Source of the DNA: Octopus sinensis
Lineage: Eukaryota
Direction of reading: 5' to 3'
Assembly: GCF_006345805.1 (NCBI RefSeq)
Contig: NW_021832852.1
Coordinates: 1-64,000 of the forward strand
Length of the DNA stretch: 64,000 bases
The position numbers and the translations under genes are program-made. The first letter of the stretch is position 1. Every line of letters starts with the position of its first letter. Under the pieces are notes generated by a model, which was not told the origin of the DNA, did not search any database, and saw only the letters and a program-made list of their open reading frames with translations. Positions 1-13,273 of the stretch are shown here, one piece after another.

Positions 1-3000
1 TTATTGATGGTAAAGATTTTTAATTCTTTCGATGCATGAAGTCCAATAACAATCCCACCGTGTTTTTCCTGCAACCCAATTATTTGACGCATCCTCAATT
101 TCTTTTATATAATCCTCCATAACTTCTGCATTCTGTTCAATTCATAAATCAAAACCACCTCAACTACGTTGTACTTATGTTCTCTCACTCTCTGATGAGC
201 CAATGTCTTTCTAGAATATTCCTCGTCGTCGAAGAGATCCATTATTTGTTTCCATTTTTTGTTGTCAGTTTTTGAATCCAAGTGATCCCTCATTCTTTTT
301 AAAAGCTTCTTCAATTTTATCTTTGTATCAAATTTTGTAGTTTCACAAATGTCATAATCAGTGAATGCAGTTGCAGTGTTATTTTCTCTCAATTCTCCGA
401 ACAGGAGTGCCTCGATTGGTTTCCGTTCGGGAGGAAGTTCTTAAAATTATAAATGTCATGTTTCAACCATCAAATGTTATTTCTTCTTCAGTCAAAATGT
501 TGTCAAATATTTTGAGGTAATCCAAGGCCAGGACGAGATAGTCTTCCACGTATTGAATTGTTGTTAAGGCATATGATTTCTAAATTAATGGTATTTCTTT
601 ACTTTAAATTCTTTGATCAATGGTAAAAAATTGGCTTGAATTTCATTTTCCGAAGTTTCTTGATCATTTACTAATTTTTCTAATTTTCCAGTATGTGCAG
701 GATGGCCCAAAATAGGAAAGAGCTTGGCGTCATACATTTTCTTGGCTTTTAAAATATTTGACAGACTTTATGTGATCCAAACTTGTCTATAACGTCCTTG
801 ATTCTTGTATTAAATTCACTTTTCTGCTGTGCCACCGATTCCTCGAATTTGATTGTACAATTTTTTAAATTTCCTAAAGAAAATTTGACTACAGCATCCA
901 TCAATTTACGGACTTGGTCTCCAAATTCTATTTTTTATAATCTCATTAATATAACCATTTACGCAGTTTTGTTGATATGTTGTTATCTGACTCAGAAAAT
1001 TTTCAATTCTGGTAAGAACAGAGTTTGTACTCTCGTCAAAACTCTCGTTTCCATCGGCCAATATCTTTGATTTGTTTTTCCCAGTTTTAGTTTTAAAAAA
1101 TGCCTTTTCATTAGAAAACAAATATCACTTCAATCCTTTCAAACAGTAAGCCAATGGTTCGATTGAGTATCAATTTATTATTGTAAATAAACGTATGGGG
1201 TCCGGTTGGTTCAAATTGTTTCAGTCTCAATTTGATCTTTTCTTTTTTAGTCATTGATTTCATGACCAGACTACAGTCTAATGTATCCCTCACCTTGCTT
1301 GGTCTGATATTTTACTGTACGTGTCACAATTGACGTCTCTTCGAGTAGTTCCAATGCTCACTAATATCATATTATATTATTTTGATTTAAATATAGAATG
1401 AAAACCAACTTTTTTTAGTTATGGAAGGCATCACATTGTCGTTAAAATTGGTATGACTTGATTTATTTAATATTTATTACTTTAATTTATTAAAATTCGT
1501 GTTGTCTAGTAGACTTTTTGAATTATTTCTGCTTGGTTTTGTAGCATACATGTCATATTGGGGTGATTGAGAAACTTCAAATCCAGATTTAAGGCAATTT
1601 AAATCGACTGCCCGAGCTTTAAATTCTTCAAAAACTGTCTTCAAATTATAAATTTCCTAAAATATTTAAAATTTGAATACTTTGCCAGTCCGAATATTTT
1701 CCAACATTTCAAATAAAATTCGTGCTTTTCCGTTGCTTTTAGCGGCCAATGATTTTATGTTTATTTGACAGTTTGTGAGTATTTTACCGATGTCACTCAA
1801 AAAGTGGACATCCTTGGAATGTTCACCAAGTCTAGCTTAATTAGTAAATAAACTAAACAAATTGTGACATTCGGAGCAAATTCGGGAATATTGTAACATT
1901 CGTTTAGATTCAGTCGCCTCTAATTGGTCCAATATTTCCAATTCAGTGTTGTCAATTTCTTGGGATATTTTGTGAATCTGTTGACGGTACAAACCAACTT
2001 CTCCAGAACTAAATGTCCCTCCGTCACAGATCAGCCTACAAAATCAATTCAGAGAAAACTTGAAAGACTGTACGAGAGAATATGTTTTTTCTCTGCACTC
2101 CTGACTACACTGTTCTAAACTTGTTCGAAAATTACGAAATGAAGATTTTATTGTTTTTGAACAGTTTTCCATCTCCATTTCATAATACTCGCTCACTTTT
2201 GAGAATCTAGTAAATTTCTTAGTTCTTGGCAACTTGGAAATGTGATAGGTGTTGTCCAGTATGGTCTCGAGTTTAATCACGTGGTTTTGAAGCTTGTTCA
2301 CAGTATTGCACTGAGTTTCTTCTACCCGACTAAATTCTTCTGATATGTTTTTCAACAGCTCACGCACATTCCCACAAAATTTATTAAGTTGTTCATAATG
2401 TTGATTGATTTGATCTTACTTATTTAGCATTGCAAAGCTAACCAACTCGGAATCGATAAATATCGATTTCAATGCGTTTCTGACGGGGTTTTAGTAGATT
2501 CAATTTTATTTGAAGTTCTGATTTGACTTCCTCACTCTTTAAAATTTAATTTAAAGTAAGACCTTAAACTCTACGATATCTTTGGTTTTTTCTTCCACCT
2601 CGATTTTCCATTCAGAAAATTTACTTTTGAACAATTTTTTCAATCTTTAGAGTTATTAAAATATTTCAGACCTTTCTGCTACATCAGTAAAAAACAAGTC
2701 AGAGATTGTCAGACTTTCCTGAAAATTTTCTATCATTTTTCTTTTAATATTTTCAGTGATTGTATCTGATCTGGTCAATTGATGACTTGTTTTTCGATTT
2801 TGAAAAAATTCTGTAATCGATCTATGAATTTCGCGTAAAATTGTCCGTATTGTTCCCGGGTAAGATTTGAGAAATTTTATTTGATTTTTTCCAAAATTTT
2901 CGTAGCTAAAAATACTAAAACAAAATACCTTGATTTAATGTTATTCAAATATTCCACTGCCTTAGTGAAATTGTTGTTGAGCTGATCTTGTGTGTAATCC

Positions 3001-5700
3001 TCTCGCATATCCTCGATATATTTTGTGATGTTATTTTCAATTTCCAAAGAAAAAAATGTAAATAATATACTTCTAAATATTCTCGATTTTCTGTTATATC
3101 ACGGAGCATTGTTTGATTCATTTCATCGAAGGATGAATTCAACTTCGTTTCTCCATTATTCCAAAGAAGGATAGCTTTTTCTGTGAATTGAACGGTTTCG
3201 GATATTTTTTTGGACATGTTTTTTTGAAATATTTTAATTTTTTTCTGAAAAAATACATTTGAAATACTTACCATCAGAACAGTTGCATCATTATTCCAAA
3301 TTAAAGTTTTTCGTCTTAATATGCTCATAAATGAATTATTAAAGTCTTCTATTCGTTGTTCTGCCTCTTCGACGGAAAAGATATTGTCCAAAGAAGTCTT
3401 TGAATTTATATGTACAACTTACCATAAACTCGTCTTTCCTGTTTTTCATTTCTAGAATTCTCTCAGATTTTAACAAATTCAGTTCTTCTTTAAGTTCAAC
3501 AAATGTATTTTCTATAAATAGTTCTTTATTATCGATGACCATATTCTTTATCAATTTCTGTAATTTGGAAGGCCGCATTTTCGGTTTGTTCGCGAATTTT
3601 ATCAAATCCCGACGAACTGCATATTTTAAATTAATCCACAATAAACCCAAGAGTTTCAAAAATGAATAAAATTTGTTTATTTATTTGAGCAAATCTATTT
3701 ACATAATTTTGTAAAGTTTCTTTATATATATCATACATGTTGAATGATACGCCTTCAATTTGCTCACTACAAAGTTACACAATATATTTTACAGAAATTG
3801 TTTTATTGCAATCTCCATCTTGTCATTCCGTAAATTACTCTTTACTATGGTCCATTTTTCCAACATAATATGTTTAATCTCGATATCTCTCATTTTTAGT
3901 GCTTTTCGCACATTTTCATATTTTTTGAGATTTGATACTACAGATAAATTGAATAACTGAATATTTAATTATGTTTCTGATACTAGTGACTTTTCGTCCA
4001 AAATATCGTCGACTTGTTGGGGGAGAATGTGTGCAATGGCGATTAGATTTTTTTTGGTTTGTGTAAATAAATCAATCATCTTTGAAAATAATAATTTAGC
4101 ACATACTGATTTGAGTCGTCTATTCTCCAATTGTTTTAATTCGTCATAAAACGATAAAATAATCATTTCTCTTTTTTCCATTAGACTTTCTAGCTGAATT
4201 TTCCGTTGAGGAAGTTGGTCATATTCCATGTCGTTTTTCTAAATAAATATAAATTATTACTTCTTCTAGAGAATTTGAAATGTCCTCAATTTCCTTTTTA
4301 TATTGATGTGATGATTCTGTCAATTTGTTGCATATTGATTTCACTTGATGGTACAATTCCTATAAATATTGAGGTAAATAGATTCTACATTCTGGATGAG
4401 GAGAGATTTATTTTCATGTTGCTTCAATTCGTTTTCGTGTCTGTTTATATTATAATATCGTTCACCGTTCTTTCTTATTTTCGTTATATTGTTTGATATA
4501 TTTTGAAGGCATTCTTGTAGACGGAGAATTAATTTTTGGCAACTTTTTTACAGAGTCAATATTTTCTTGTTGTTCTTTGATTAAATCACTTAAAATAATA
4601 GCAAATAATATTTCACTTATGCTGAGTCTGGATTTTCCGATCAGCAACAGTTAATATCATCTCGTTGTTCTGTAGACTTTTTTTTCTTGTCTTATACACA
4701 TTTAGAGACTTAACCAAGCTTGTCTTTAAACTGTAAACATTCAAACCAACTATACTTGAGCTAAAAATAGCGGACGGTATGATTCCTCCATTATATATCC
4801 AGAATTGTTACGATTCCATAGAAACAATTTTATATTAAAATATCGTTAAAATTATTCTATTTCAAAAAAATAAAATCAGTTCAACACAACATTTTTATTA
4901 TCAGCTTCCTCTATGATTTTTATCTGCTTAAAAAACAATGTTTTAACTTTGCATGAAAATAATCTAAATTTGATTTAATATTAATTTACGTTCTCTAGAG
5001 AAAATTTATGATTTACAAGACTACCTTTAATAATGTAGGGTCCTTTGAGTCCTTATAATTTAGAATTTAGAATATTCTGAACAATTTTAAAGTATTTAAG
5101 TCTTAGAAATTTGAATAATTGGTTCTGATTTGGCTGGAATTGTATTTGATGTTTGTACACATAAAATAAGTAAAAATTCTTTGATTTTTGAAATCAAATC
5201 TTTTACAGATTTCGATTGAAGTAGTTTGCATTTACAATTAAGTAGTTTTGAAATTTTATCAAACTGTCACATTTACTACACTTCATGTTAAAGAGGATTC
5301 ATACTTGAGAACCATTCTTCTAGCAGAATGTTTAGTTTTTTAAATGTTATTTGGTCAGCGGGGTTTTGTGAAAGTTTTATTTTTAAGACTAACCTTGGAG
5401 AGTTCATTAGTCCAAGAGCTACCTTATTTTGGAGTGACGTTCGAAAAGAATAGTAAATTAAAAAATACATAAACCGCTCCAAAAGACATGCTCAAATTAA
5501 AAAATTTTGTTTTTGCCAGTCCTCTGAACGTACTCAGAGCAAGCAAAAAATTTGCCTAAGATAAGCAAAATTACATGAATGTATTAAAGACAATCCGTGG
5601 GACTTGATACTCCATAGACTAAACTTAGGAGAGCGTCTAAACAAAGATCGAAACTCGAATTTAACTGCTTTTCTCTTTGAAATATAAATGATTAAAAATG
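1..5700 (-). CDS. Large multi-exon helical/coiled-coil-rich protein of unknown identity; 3' end runs off the left edge of the window, 5' end approximate
   Basis: A run of minus-strand ORFs (105-392, 906-1121, 2044-2367, 2945-3391, 3339-3659, 3969-4229, 4462-4647, 5288-5482) can be joined through small GT-AG introns, e.g. 29-nt gttgaaaacatgacatttataattttaag joining EEEITFD|ELPPERKPIEALLFGELRENN. Composition is E/K/L/I-rich. No diagnostic motif recognised. Confidence 0.5.
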
Positions 5701-6204
5701 TTTGGAAAAATAGTCAGAATGTCTTAGAGAAGGCATTGGATAAATAAAATAATACTAATTCGTGCGTTCTAAAAAGTCTTCAATAATAAATATTTTCAAT
5801 TTAATTTTATAAATAAATTCTGAGAGCATTTAGAACGAATGAATTTGAGTACGATTTTGAGAGTTTGAATGATTTTAGCGATTTTAATTAAATCGATTAA
5901 TTAGTAAATTAATCAAAAAAAGTAAAATCACAGTTTTTTAGTTATTAAAGTAGTTGAGATTGTTGGGATATAATAATTTGTTATTTTTAGTTAACAAATA
6001 TTTAGATTTTGATTTAAAGTGAACAATTTTATTAATTTTTTGAAGATTTAAAAAATTATTACATATTTCAATTTTATAACAAAAATATTTATTTATTATT
6101 ATAATTAATTTATATTAAAAATGTATACTATTTTATCTTTGGCTTACCATTTACAAATAAATATTTTAAATTTTAAATCAAATCTGAATACAAATTTGAT
6201 CAAA

Positions 6205-7947
6205 ATGTTCTACATACATCAACTTTTACAAAGAAGGACAGGAAAATTTGGAATTATTTGGTACTAATTAGCCACATATTTAAGGATCGCTGCCACCAAA
6301 AGTGGGAGAATCTCAAAACTCGAATATAACAAGACCAATATTGTAGAAAATTGGTTTTTCTGTACAAAAATATTCATTTAGCGAGGAATTGGCTGCCCAT
6401 GTCCTTGGTCTCCTCGACACAGAGCGTGGGAGGAGAAAGACTCGCTTCTCTTTATATCTTTCGGCCAAATTAGTCATTGGAGTAGTCCGAGTTTACTCTA
6501 AGCAAATCGAATACCTGATAAGTAAGCAAATCATTAAATTTCCTAGCCGACATCAAGTCCTTTACTCGATCTTTCTACTCGAGGCACTTGTCTGCCAGTT
6601 TTACTCCCACAAAGAGGCCTATTCGGAGACAGAGAGTTAAAAGAAAAGAGTTTTTTATTCGCGATGAAGACCAGAACAATTATTTTGACTTTAATTATCT
6701 GGTTTTAGTTCACTATATTTATTCTTAGGACGAAATCACCGATTCTATGGGTATTTTAATTTATTATATATTTAATTAATTCCACCACGTCATTCAAAAT
6801 AATTTTCCCGCTCTTTTTAGATTTGTACACGGTTAACCAACAATTAATAACACTTCAAGAAGAAAATTTCAGCAGAAATACAATCCAATACAATCAAGAC
6901 ATTATTCCCCCCTTAAACGAAGAAGAATTCCAAAGTCTCCTCAACGAATTACAAAATCAAGAACAAATCTCCTCCATTTCCGACACAAGTCCATCCAAAA
7001 GACCCCAAAGTGTTAGAAATGAGCAACCAAATACTCCAATTCCAAAAAGAAACCGACCTTTGGACGAGGCATTGGGCCTTCAGGGAATGTCCATCAGTCA
7101 GGGAATCGAGCTCAGTCAACCCAGAGAATCGGTAAGTGAGAATTATACACTTAATAAGTCAAGTAGTGTCACATTTGAATAGCACTTGTAGTATAAATTT
7201 GTAGGATAATTAAATTAATTTTATAAAATTGACTCTTTAGCAAGTCAAGAGGTGTGTTCGGAAAACTAAAAGACTAATTGTAGATCAAGTGACTAACTAC
7301 AGCATTGACAAATTAAAAGAAAATAAAAACAGAGCTGAATCAACAAGTAAAAAACTTAAATTGGTTAATCACGAACTTCCTTTGTCATTTGAAACACTTT
7401 CAAGCAAATTTGCCAGTCTTTTTAACAATAAATCAACTTTTAGAAAACTTTAATAACCTTTGGTCTCCACCGATTGTAATCCATTTTCCGAAACGCGGAA
7501 AAATGGCGAAATATAACAGCATTGAGGTGGCAAGGAGAATGCAAAGTGAAGAAGAAGAACCAAGTGAAAGATTTCACAAATCTCCTGCAATTCTAACAAA
7601 TTATGAACCAATGTAATTTTGACTTGAAAATTGATAACAGAAGTTTTAATTCTAAAACTGAACGAAGTATTCAAATCCCCGAATTGACTGAAACGTCGCT
7701 TAATAGTTCTGCCACGTCCACATTTGATGAGAGAGTGTTGGAGAAATGTAAGGAACAGTCATTTCTGAGGGGGGTCACTACATTCGACCAAATTTGTCCT
7801 CCAACACGGAACAGTCGAAAAACTGCAGCGAGATATTTCTCGAGTTTGTTGGGTGAGTTTTTTGTAAATATTTTATCAGTTCTTTGCAAAAATTGTAAAA
7901 TTATGTGCCGACAAAATGAGAAGATTATTGAAATTTCTATTTTATAA
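6205..7947 (+). CDS. REC8: Meiotic cohesin kleisin REC8 (multi-exon)
   Basis: N-terminus MFYIHQLLQRRTGKFGIIW|IAATKSGRISKLEYNKTNIVENC...RFSLYLSAKLVIGVVRVYSKQIEYL matches the Rec8-type N-terminal kleisin motif (vertebrate VLQRHTGCFATIWLAAT...RFSLYLSAQLQIGVIRVY). C-terminal winged-helix motif TFDQICPPTRNSRKTAARYFSSLL..VLCKNCKIMCRQ. Confidence 0.85.
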
Positions 7948-8322
7948 TTCTGTTTTTTTACGTGTTGTTTGTGTTTTTTGTTTATCTATTTTTAATGTAT
8001 ATAAATTTATAAATGAAGATGTTTTTTTAGTTTTACTTTTCAGATTTTATCACAAAGTCTATTAATATAAAACCCGAGCTTTGGTCCCTCAAAAAAATTA
8101 AGTAAAAAATAAATTAAAAGTATTTGTTAAAGATTTTTTATTGTCACAAACTGGGGGTACCGACTATATTCCAATAACTGGTCAACCAAACTATATTTTA
8201 AATAAAAGTGAAGAGTGAAGAAATAGATTTTAAATAAAAGCTTATTAATGTTAAGTATTTTTATAAATATGATAATTTATTAATTAATAAATACCACGTG
8301 TATTATTGTGTTCTAGTGAGCT

Positions 8323-8834
8323 ATGCAGATATTCGTCAAGACTCCCTCTCAAGGAACACTGTGCTGTAATGTAATGCTCAGTTAATCCATCTAATCTAGG
8401 TCTTAGAGACCGACCAGACTCGAACATTGCTTGAACAAATTTCCATAAAGATAGGTTCCGTTTAATTCTCGAACATTTAAAGGAATTTCACTCAATGAGG
8501 TGTATATTAGCCACAAGGGTTCAACATTGAGTGCAGATTGTTCGTTGGATTCGTATGGAATAAAAGATCTGTCAACCCTCCATCAATTTGTGCCCCTCCT
8601 GGGAGGAAAGAAGAAGAAGAAATCCAAAAAGCACACCACGCCAAAGAAGAGGAAACACAAAAGAAGAAAGTCGTGATGGCTGCTCTGAAATACTACAAAG
8701 TCAACAACGACGGAGAAGTCACGTTGTTGAGAGATCGGTGCCCCAATCCTGAATGTGGGCCTGCATCCATGATGGCCAAACACAAAAATAGGAGCACATG
8801 TGGGAAATGTACTAGGACAATCATGGCTAATTAG
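8323..8834 (+). CDS. RPS27A: 40S ribosomal protein S27a (eS31) fused to a divergent ubiquitin-like domain; 2 introns (8371-8399, 8455-8482); one apparent 1-bp deletion near 8660
   Basis: Spliced product MQIFVKTPSQGTLCCNVLETDQTRTLLEQISIKIGISLNEVYISHKGSTLSADCSLDSYGIKDLSTLHQFVPLLGG-KKKKKSKKHTTPKKRKH(K)KKKVVMAALKYYKVNNDGEVTLLRDRCPNPECGPASMMAKHKNRSTCGKC, with the S27a C4 zinc finger. Confidence 0.92.
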
Positions 8835-8939
8835 GACGTACTCTTTCTTATTCATTAATTCTTGTTTCTTTTCGTTGGTCAGTTTAGGCTGTGTGTTTTG
8901 AAAATAGTTTTTAATACTTTATTGACCAAAGGATTTAGA

Positions 8940-10500
8940 AGTTGTAATATTTTCGTATTTTTCATGGAGGCAGATTTTTTCAATTTGTGAATATTTTTCG
9001 GGTTCAATTTGTGAATATTTTTCGGGTTCTTAAATAACTTTTATTTTCGAAATTTTTGAAGTCTGGCGATTGATTTGGTAATTCCAAAACATTTATTTCG
9101 TTTTTAGCAACCATTTAACAGTCATTTTTGACTAATATGTTGGATCTTTGTCAACTGGAATGTCCAGTGTTGTACTAACTTTAATTTGGTGATCTGAATG
9201 TAACATATATTTTTCCAGGATTTTGCAATACAGTAAAACCTCTGTGCTCGCCATTTTCGGAACCAAAGAAAAAATGGCGAGCAATAGAATTGGCGAGCAA
9301 TGGAAATAATCAATAAATTTTTTGACTTTGAAATTTTGAAAACATCTCGGTTTTCGATACTTTCCGATCATAAGTGAGCCTTCCAAGTCATATTTGAGTA
9401 AAGAACAAAGAGAATCGAAAGAAATTAAAAGGAAAAAATTAACTAAAAAATCTTAATAGTTTTTTTAATTCAGGCATATTTCTAATAACGGTGTCGATTA
9501 GATCCAACGAATTTATATCAAAATTTTCATTTTGATAAAAGAATGACTTTATTCTTTTCTACATTTTCAAAGCCTCTTCTGAATTCACATGAGATTCGTA
9601 AATTGTGAGTATCTTCATCGTCATATTTTTGTGGGAAAGCAATATTAAGGTAATCTTCAATTTCATATATTTCGGTAAATTCATGTTTAATAAAATCATC
9701 TTTATCCACCGGGTCCAATATTTTCAAGATATTTACCATTTGATCATAATTATCAATTTCAACAGTTGTCTTTCGAGTTGATTTTCACATTCGATCCATT
9801 TTGAATGTCCGAAACAATTTGTAATTGTTTTGGTCGTTACTTTTTTCCAGGCAAAATATGTAAAAAGAAGACCGTCTTTTAAGGTCAAAAATCCCAGTTT
9901 CATCAGCGTTATAAATGTTTTCAGCATTATATTATTGAATCTTTGCAGAGATCAAAAAAGTAAATGCATCAATTTCTTGTTTCTGATCAACTTTTATATA
10001 AAAAATAGTTTACCTAAAATATTTTTAAAAATTAATGGCGAGATTTAGAAAATGGCGAGCAATAGATATTTATCAAAATTTACTAGAAATTTTTAATTTT
10101 TTGAAAAATATGTGGCGAGCAATAGAGGTGGCGAGTAACAGAGGTGGCGAGCACCAGAGGTTTTACTGTATTTGACTAAATTCATTATTCTATCCATTAC
10201 AAATAGTTGATGAAAAAGCCACACAACATGATACTTTCTCCCCCTGTTTATGGTAGGTATGGTGCATTTTTGTATATATGCGTGATTGGATTTACGCCAA
10301 ATTGATGGCGTGTAGTTCAGTTTGAAAAGTTGTCTTTTGATTCATCCGACCATAAAAATTGTTTATGTATTCATTTTCTTTATTAAAAGAATAATTGACA
10401 TATTTAATTCGTGCAGAAATGTGTATTTTTCTAATAACTGAACACGACTGGACCTTTGTTTATTGATACTTTGATTGCGTAGTGTAGAAGTTATTTTACA
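8940..10500 (-). mobile_element. Degenerate Tc1-type transposase remnant interrupted by a pogo/Tigger insertion
   Basis: Right of the insertion: ARIKY...LWSDESK...GGESIMLCGF. Joining the TA flanks restores MNLVKY|CKILEKYML. Left of it: DP(K)H...KWLLKNEINVLELPNQSPD. Confidence 0.7.
9231..10168 (-). mobile_element. Non-autonomous, internally deleted pogo/Tigger element with TIRs and TA TSD
   Basis: TA+CAGTAAAACCTCTG(G)TGCTCGCC inverted repeats at 9231 and 10168, TA on both sides, subterminal TGGCGAGCAATAG repeats; transposase pieces IYNADETG, AWKKVTTKTITNCFGHSKW, LMIGKYRKPRCF. Confidence 0.85.
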
Positions 10501-11828
10501 AAGGGACACTGGGATAATCCCATCATTTCTTTCCACATCAAATTTTAGATTTTTGAAATGAAAGTACAGTTTCAACTTTTCCAAGACAAAAAATTTCCTC
10601 CTCTCTTAAAAATTTTCAAAATTTCATTCAAATTCATTGTTGGCTCGATATATTCGTTTATTCTACAAGTATTTTCGTTTAGATTGAGTATTCTCAGAAA
10701 ATTGAAAGCTTTCTGGAGAGAAAAGTATCACTAATAAAATTGACATGTGAAGAATATTGATTCCATATTTCCTTTAAATCATTAATAAATCCTCCACTTT
10801 TCCGAATAAGAACAGATTCCTCTTTTACCAAATTGGATATTTCTAACACTATGTGAAGTTTTTTGCGTAGTATTTAGTTGCTCGGAACCAGCCCCCCATC
10901 TAGTAACAATTGAGGTAGTCCTATTTCAGCAAATAGTTCCTTTCGACTACTTTTTTTGAGAACAAGTTTTTTAGAAGCAATTAAGTTATTCACTAGGTAA
11001 GAACTCGATTTGATACTCCCAACAGAATAAAAATAGTTTTCAAATAAATATTTGTATTTTTTTCCTAATTTGTATTCTGAACAATTTAATTTGCATTTTT
11101 TGTTTTTAAACAGTATAAAAACTTTTTTTGTTTGAGCGAAAATTAAATCATTTTTATCGGGAAAATAATTTCAGGTATAGAATCAGAGATTAACTCCAAA
11201 ATTCATTTATCAAAGCATTCACAAAACAACACTTTATAATTAGCAGACCTGTTAAATCAATATATGCGTAAAAACTGAATATATAAGTATAAAATTTACG
11301 TTAATAATCTGAATTTATATAGTTTTAAACATGGGAGACTCCTGGGAGAAATTTGACAAAGAAGCAATTTTGGAAAAAATCAGAGAAGTGCTAATGAATA
11401 ACATGCAAGAAACGATGCCTATCAATCACCTGATAGGTCAAAAAATATCATCCAACAAATGACTTCGATAAACTGCACATGAAGGACCCTTATTTTAGCC
11501 CTTTTAGTTGGAGGGGACGTAAAACGATCCCATAATAGCACATTATTAATTTTGTTTCTGTTTTTTCCAGTGTTATTATTTTCATTATTTAAAAATTTTA
11601 ATAAAACTTGCAAAAATGGCGTGATTTTTAGATTTTCGAAAACAAGAACTCTCAATTCATAATTCAAAAACGATAAAGGCTTTTAGCACCTTTCTGATAA
11701 CTACATGTTATAAAAGTCTAACGTACAATTAAAATAAAGGAAGGTCATTTTTCTTTAAGTTCCATTTGAATCGGAGCTGAATGAATGGTGAAATACTCCC
11801 TAGTCTTTTCACTTTTAATCGTCCCATC

Positions 11829-12175
11829 CACAGTCTGGCATACAACTGATGCATTTGGCGAAAATTTTAATGCTATGTAATAAGATTGTTGATTTAAAAA
11901 TCCGTTATTTTTTCAATGAAAATATTTAAAAATTTTGCAATACATGTTACGTAGACATATTAGGATATAATTTTTGTGTGCTTCAAACTGAAATCATATA
12001 TGTTGCCGCGTCGGTTAATAATAAATAATAATTCCTCTCTCATATTTCCACTTCTAATCGTGTCATTCACAATCTGGCATTACAACTGATGCATTTGGCA
12101 AAAATCTTAATGCTTACAATTAATAAGATTGATGATTTGAAAATCCGTTATTTTTCAATGACAATATTTACAAAA
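11829..12175. repeat. Imperfect ~105-bp direct duplication (11829-11932 and 12068-12175)
   Basis: cacagtctggcatacaactgatgcatttggcgaaaattttaatgct...aatccgttatttttt versus cacaatctggcattacaactgatgcatttggcaaaaatcttaatgct...aatccgttattttt. Confidence 0.75.
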
Positions 12176-12770
12176 TTTTATTTAAAGGCGTAAGTTTCAT
12201 TACGGAATGCTACACGAATGTTCTATATATTGCAATATAAAATTCCACCAGGAGTAATTGAAACATTCATGGATGATTCTCAAGACTTTATAATGAGAGG
12301 ATTTTGTAAATTTAAGCATGAACAACAACAATTGAACAATAGTCAGCGTGGTTGATAATTTAATCTTTATAAAATTGACAAAATTGACCTAAAAAACATA
12401 AAATAAAAGCTTTTTTAAAACACCAAATGTATTTCTAGTATTTTACAGCATAATAATTTTTTGTTGAGTTAACTTTATTGACTTTTATGTGACCTAATTA
12501 CTAAAAATGTTATTAAAATTTTTTACAGATGATTTGAATCACTTTTCTATACCATTATTTAAATTTCTCCCTTGAATGTGCTTTAATACACAGTAATAAA
12601 GTTTAATTAGTGTGCTTTATATTTATGAATTCTTAATAAATTAGAATTCAAAAAATAAAATGCATTCAGCATTCAGGGTAGTAATTTCGATTTAAATTTG
12701 AATGAATGAATCTTTAATGAATTCAATATAGGACAATTGTTGAAATCAATGTTTTTCACTATTTATAAAT

Positions 12771-13273
12771 ATGAAATCAACTACTATATATTCTAAATGC
12801 AGCAAGAATTCCAAGTAAATATTTATTATATTATTAAAAATTGTAAATTAGGAAGTTGTACTCTTAAAAGAACAAAAACCATATTTTCATCAGGTTGCAG
12901 GAATAAGCTCTAAAGGGGAAAAAGATGGTAGTATCACAAATTTTGTTTAAATATTAGAATTTCTTAGTTATGGAGAAGGAAAGTTATTAAAAAAGTTAAA
13001 AATGATAATCGAGGAATTATGGAAACAAATTACTACAAAACAGTTTCACAAGCTCCGATTGGTAGTATACAAAATCTTTTGTATACATTCACTGCAGATT
13101 ATTTTTATACTGTATATTGTAAAGAATCTGAAAATTGTAATTTAACAATTAATAAATAATTAATTTTAGATTATGTTTGTCTCGAAGATCTATCAGCAAA
13201 ATTTCAGAATCCTCATTAATTGATATCAAAATCGGTCAAGTCACATGGGAATCTGAGCTTCAAAGGGAAAAAA
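12771..13273 (+). pseudogene. IPMK: Inositol polyphosphate multikinase, N-terminal half, cut off by a Tc1 insertion
   Basis: After removing 3 small introns and allowing two 1-bp homopolymer deletions: PYFHQVAG...FLSYGEGKLLKKVKNDNRGIMETNYYKTV...YVCLEDLSAKFQNPSLIDIKIGQVTWES, carrying the IPK PxxxDxKxG motif. Collinear with vertebrate SHQVAGH...GTVLKQL...RGPRELEFY...LEDVTHKFNKPCIMDVKIGQKSYD. Confidence 0.75.

Noticed and set aside
8295-8322. Trans-splice acceptor (TTCTAG just upstream of the RPS27A ATG)
   Set aside because: It could equally be a tiny 5'-UTR intron or chance, and no consistent motif was seen before other starts.
8645-8680. Programmed frameshift in RPS27A (AAACACAAAAGAAGAAAGTC)
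   Set aside because: One missing A in an A-run explains it. Similar 1-bp homopolymer losses occur in IPMK and throughout the 93-bp array, typical of long-read consensus error.
10700-11000. Possible cullin N-terminal fragment on the minus strand (ISNLVKEESVL...FINDLKEIWNQYSSHVNFISDTFL)
   Set aside because: The resemblance is short and frame-broken; not supportable without an HMM search.
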